Source of the DNA: a virus
Direction: 5' to 3' (one strand)
Virus record (IMG/VR): IMGVR_UViG_3300036791_000264
Coordinates: 1-64,000 of that record
DNA length: 64,000 nucleotides
A program made the position numbers and the translations under genes. The first letter of the stretch is position 1; each line of letters opens with the position of its first letter. This document shows positions 62,337 to 64,000 of this stretch, piece by piece. The notes beneath the pieces are model-generated. The model was not told the DNA's origin and did not search any database. It saw only the letters and a program-made list of their open reading frames with translations.

Positions 62337-62510
62337 ATGGTGAAATATCGCGAAGCCAGCACGATAATCCCTCACGGCTGCCAAGCGGACGACTTGAGGG
62401 ATCTGCTGAAGAGGATCGAGGAGCAGGGGATGCCAACGATCAACCGCAGGACACGACGCCAGGCCCAGAGAGTGGGGGACAGAGCCAGGAGAGCAAAGGC
62501 CAAACGATGA
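62337..62510 (+). CDS. Small basic hypothetical protein (possibly the 3' part of a frameshifted gene)
   Basis: MVKYREAST...INRRTRRQA; ATGA overlap with the next gene. Confidence 0.4.
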   Translation: MVKYREASTIIPHGCQADDLRDLLKRIEEQGMPTINRRTRRQAQRVGDRARRAKAKR

Positions 62511-62683
62511 GGTTCTTCAATCTGCTGCCCAGGGAGTTGGCCCCAGGAGACCAGTGGGACGACGGTCAGATCGTGGAGAGCATTGAGCCGTGGGAGTCCT
62601 CGTCGCAGTGCCTCATCATGTTCCAGGATGGCACCAGCATCGTCTGGCCCTGGGAAGCACCCAGGAGGATCTACCGGCCATGA
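62507..62683 (+). CDS. Small hypothetical protein
   Basis: MRFFNLLPRELAPGDQW...; 3' end of tracked ORF 62015..62683. Confidence 0.55.
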   Translation: MRFFNLLPRELAPGDQWDDGQIVESIEPWESSSQCLIMFQDGTSIVWPWEAPRRIYRP

Positions 62684-62760
62684 CCCTCTTCTTTGTTGCT
62701 GCTGGCTTCACCGTCTGTGGCTATCTGCTCATGATTATCGAGAAACTGCGCCACTCATGA
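62680..62760 (+). CDS. 26-aa single-TM peptide
   Basis: AGGAGG RBS; MTLFFVAAGFTVCGYLLMIIEKLRHS; ATGA overlaps at both ends. Confidence 0.5.
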   Translation: MTLFFVAAGFTVCGYLLMIIEKLRHS

Positions 62761-63809
62761 CCATCGGCCTGGTGATGATCGTCAAGGACGAGGCGTTGAT
62801 CCTGCCTCGTCTGGCCGACAGCGTGCGCGACCACATCGATTACTGGACGGTGGTGGACACCGGTAGCACCGACGACACCCTGGAGGTGCTGGACCGGATC
62901 TTCACCCCGATCCCAGGCCATGTGGCGATCCATCCCTTCGACGGGTTCGGCCCATCTCGCACCTTCGCCCTCCAGGAGGCAGAGCCACATACTGACTGGA
63001 TGCTGTGCCTGTGCGCCGATGAGACCTTCCATGGTGCCATCGAACTGATCGACGCTGACATCATCGAAGCAGAGCAGCACAATGGCGATCTCCGGTTCTG
63101 GCTGCCCCGGTTGCTGAAGTCAGGCCGGGGCTGGGAGTCGAGAGGTCGGGCACATGAGTACTACTGGTCCCCGGTAGGCAGTGCCACCTGGCCGGCGCGC
63201 ACCGACACCTTCTACGTCGAGCATCACGGTGACGGTCACGACCAGCCCAACAAGTTCCGACGCGACGCCGAGTTGCTCCTCCAGGACTGGGCTGAGGACA
63301 GCGCCAATCCCAGGACGGCCTTCTACCTGGGCCGCACCTATGACTGCATGGGTGAGCCGGCAGAGGCAGTGGGCTGGTACCGCCAGCACATCAACATGGG
63401 AGGCTGGATCGAGGAGGTCTTCTACTCCCGGTTCCGCCTGGGTGTGTGCCTGCTCAACCTGGGCGCCAAGGAGGAAGGTGCGGGGCATCTGTGGGAAGCC
63501 TGGGGCATGATCCCCCACCGGGCTGAGCCTATGGTGGCCCTGTCGGAGCATTATCGCCTCGCCAACCAGTGGACCCTGGCCTGGCATGTCGCCAACCTGG
63601 CCCAGGAGTACATGGATCTGGATGAGCCTGGCCTGTTCGTGGACAAGTCCATGGAGTGGCGGGTGACGTATGAGATCTCCATCAGTGCCTGGTACACCGA
63701 TCACAAGGACTGGGGCAAGCTGGCCCTCAACCGGCTGCTGCGCTACCCCGACATCCCGGAGCCGTTCTATAGCTCGATCCGCTCCAACCAGGAGTTCTAC
63801 TTCACATGA
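62757..63809 (+). CDS. GT2-family glycosyltransferase with TPR repeats
   Basis: LVMIVKDE, VVDTGSTDDT, WMLCLCADE, GRAHEY, H.GDG; TPR-like RTAFYLGRTY...EEVFYSRFRLG...RAEP. Confidence 0.88.
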   Translation: MTIGLVMIVKDEALILPRLADSVRDHIDYWTVVDTGSTDDTLEVLDRIFTPIPGHVAIHPFDGFGPSRTFALQEAEPHTDWMLCLCADETFHGAIELIDADIIEAEQHNGDLRFWLPRLLKSGRGWESRGRAHEYYWSPVGSATWPARTDTFYVEHHGDGHDQPNKFRRDAELLLQDWAEDSANPRTAFYLGRTYDCMGEPAEAVGWYRQHINMGGWIEEVFYSRFRLGVCLLNLGAKEEGAGHLWEAWGMIPHRAEPMVALSEHYRLANQWTLAWHVANLAQEYMDLDEPGLFVDKSMEWRVTYEISISAWYTDHKDWGKLALNRLLRYPDIPEPFYSSIRSNQEFYFT

Positions 63810-63970
63810 GTCAGGCCAGTCTGCCACCCATCACTGGCCCGGACCCAGAGCCACCGGACGGTGAGCAGTTAGCACAGATCACGGTGCGGATAAAACGCAG
63901 CGAGCTACGCATGTTCCTGCTCCTCCTGCCGGAAACGGTGGACTACCTGGAGGTGCAGTTTCTTGAGTGA
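63806..63970 (+). CDS. Hypothetical protein (54 aa)
   Basis: ATGA overlap with the glycosyltransferase; open to TGA 63968-63970. Confidence 0.45.
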   Translation: MSQASLPPITGPDPEPPDGEQLAQITVRIKRSELRMFLLLLPETVDYLEVQFLE

Positions 63971-64000
63971 CAGCTTCACCTGTCCCCGGTGCGGCATGAC

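Noticed and set aside
1-64000. Numerous long antisense or alternate-frame ORFs in the track (for example 8323..9216-, 27398..28267-, 34998..36008-, 37520..38392-)
   Set aside because: They shadow well-supported genes, lack RBS or coupling and recognisable motifs, and are expected in high-GC DNA.
1-64000. Prophage boundaries, integrase or host genes
   Set aside because: No integrase, att-like repeat or housekeeping gene was seen; the whole window appears phage-derived, and lifestyle cannot be determined from it.

Overview
This 64-kb, GC-rich window looks like part of a tailed, contractile-tail (myovirus-type) phage genome. The WhiB regulator, leaderless TANNNT promoters, amidase endolysin and a Pup-like motif point to an Actinomycetota host (inference). 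Layout: (1) 1-8014, minus-strand replication block: SSB fragment, MerR-like HTH, SNF2 helicase, primase, DnaB, DnaC-like loader, WhiB, initiator-like wHTH. (2) 8395-18139, head block: terminase large subunit, portal, scaffold, major capsid. (3) 18145-22676, an inverted lysis/neck block. (4) 22801-40632, contractile tail: sheath, tube, frameshifted chaperone, tape measure with lysozyme, hub, spike-collagen fusion, four fibre/C1q-like genes. (5) 40642-64000, accessory genes: Ig-like proteins, GHKL ATPase, KTSC, ParB-like, ART-like, GNATs, TGT-like, dCTP deaminase, glycosyltransferase. The most striking unexplained signal is an N-terminal peptide, M-S-x-R-A-L-[SN]-x-x-Q-F and variants, shared by eight otherwise mostly unrelated small or enzyme-like ORFs (ParB-like x2, GNAT x2, ART-like, three unknown). 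All eight lie downstream of a recurring phage-specific promoter with GGTG exactly 30 nt upstream of the -10 hexamer; that promoter also precedes the terminase, head and tail operons. This suggests a capsid-targeting tag that loads effector enzymes into the virion. Other highlights are a candidate Pup mimic, a catalytically degenerate TGT-like protein, a +1 UUU_CG frameshift, an ACG-initiated gene and a cassette-like array of C1q-type receptor-binding domains. No tRNA, rRNA, CRISPR array, integrase or reverse transcriptase was seen. All functional calls come from motif recognition by eye; no database search was run.
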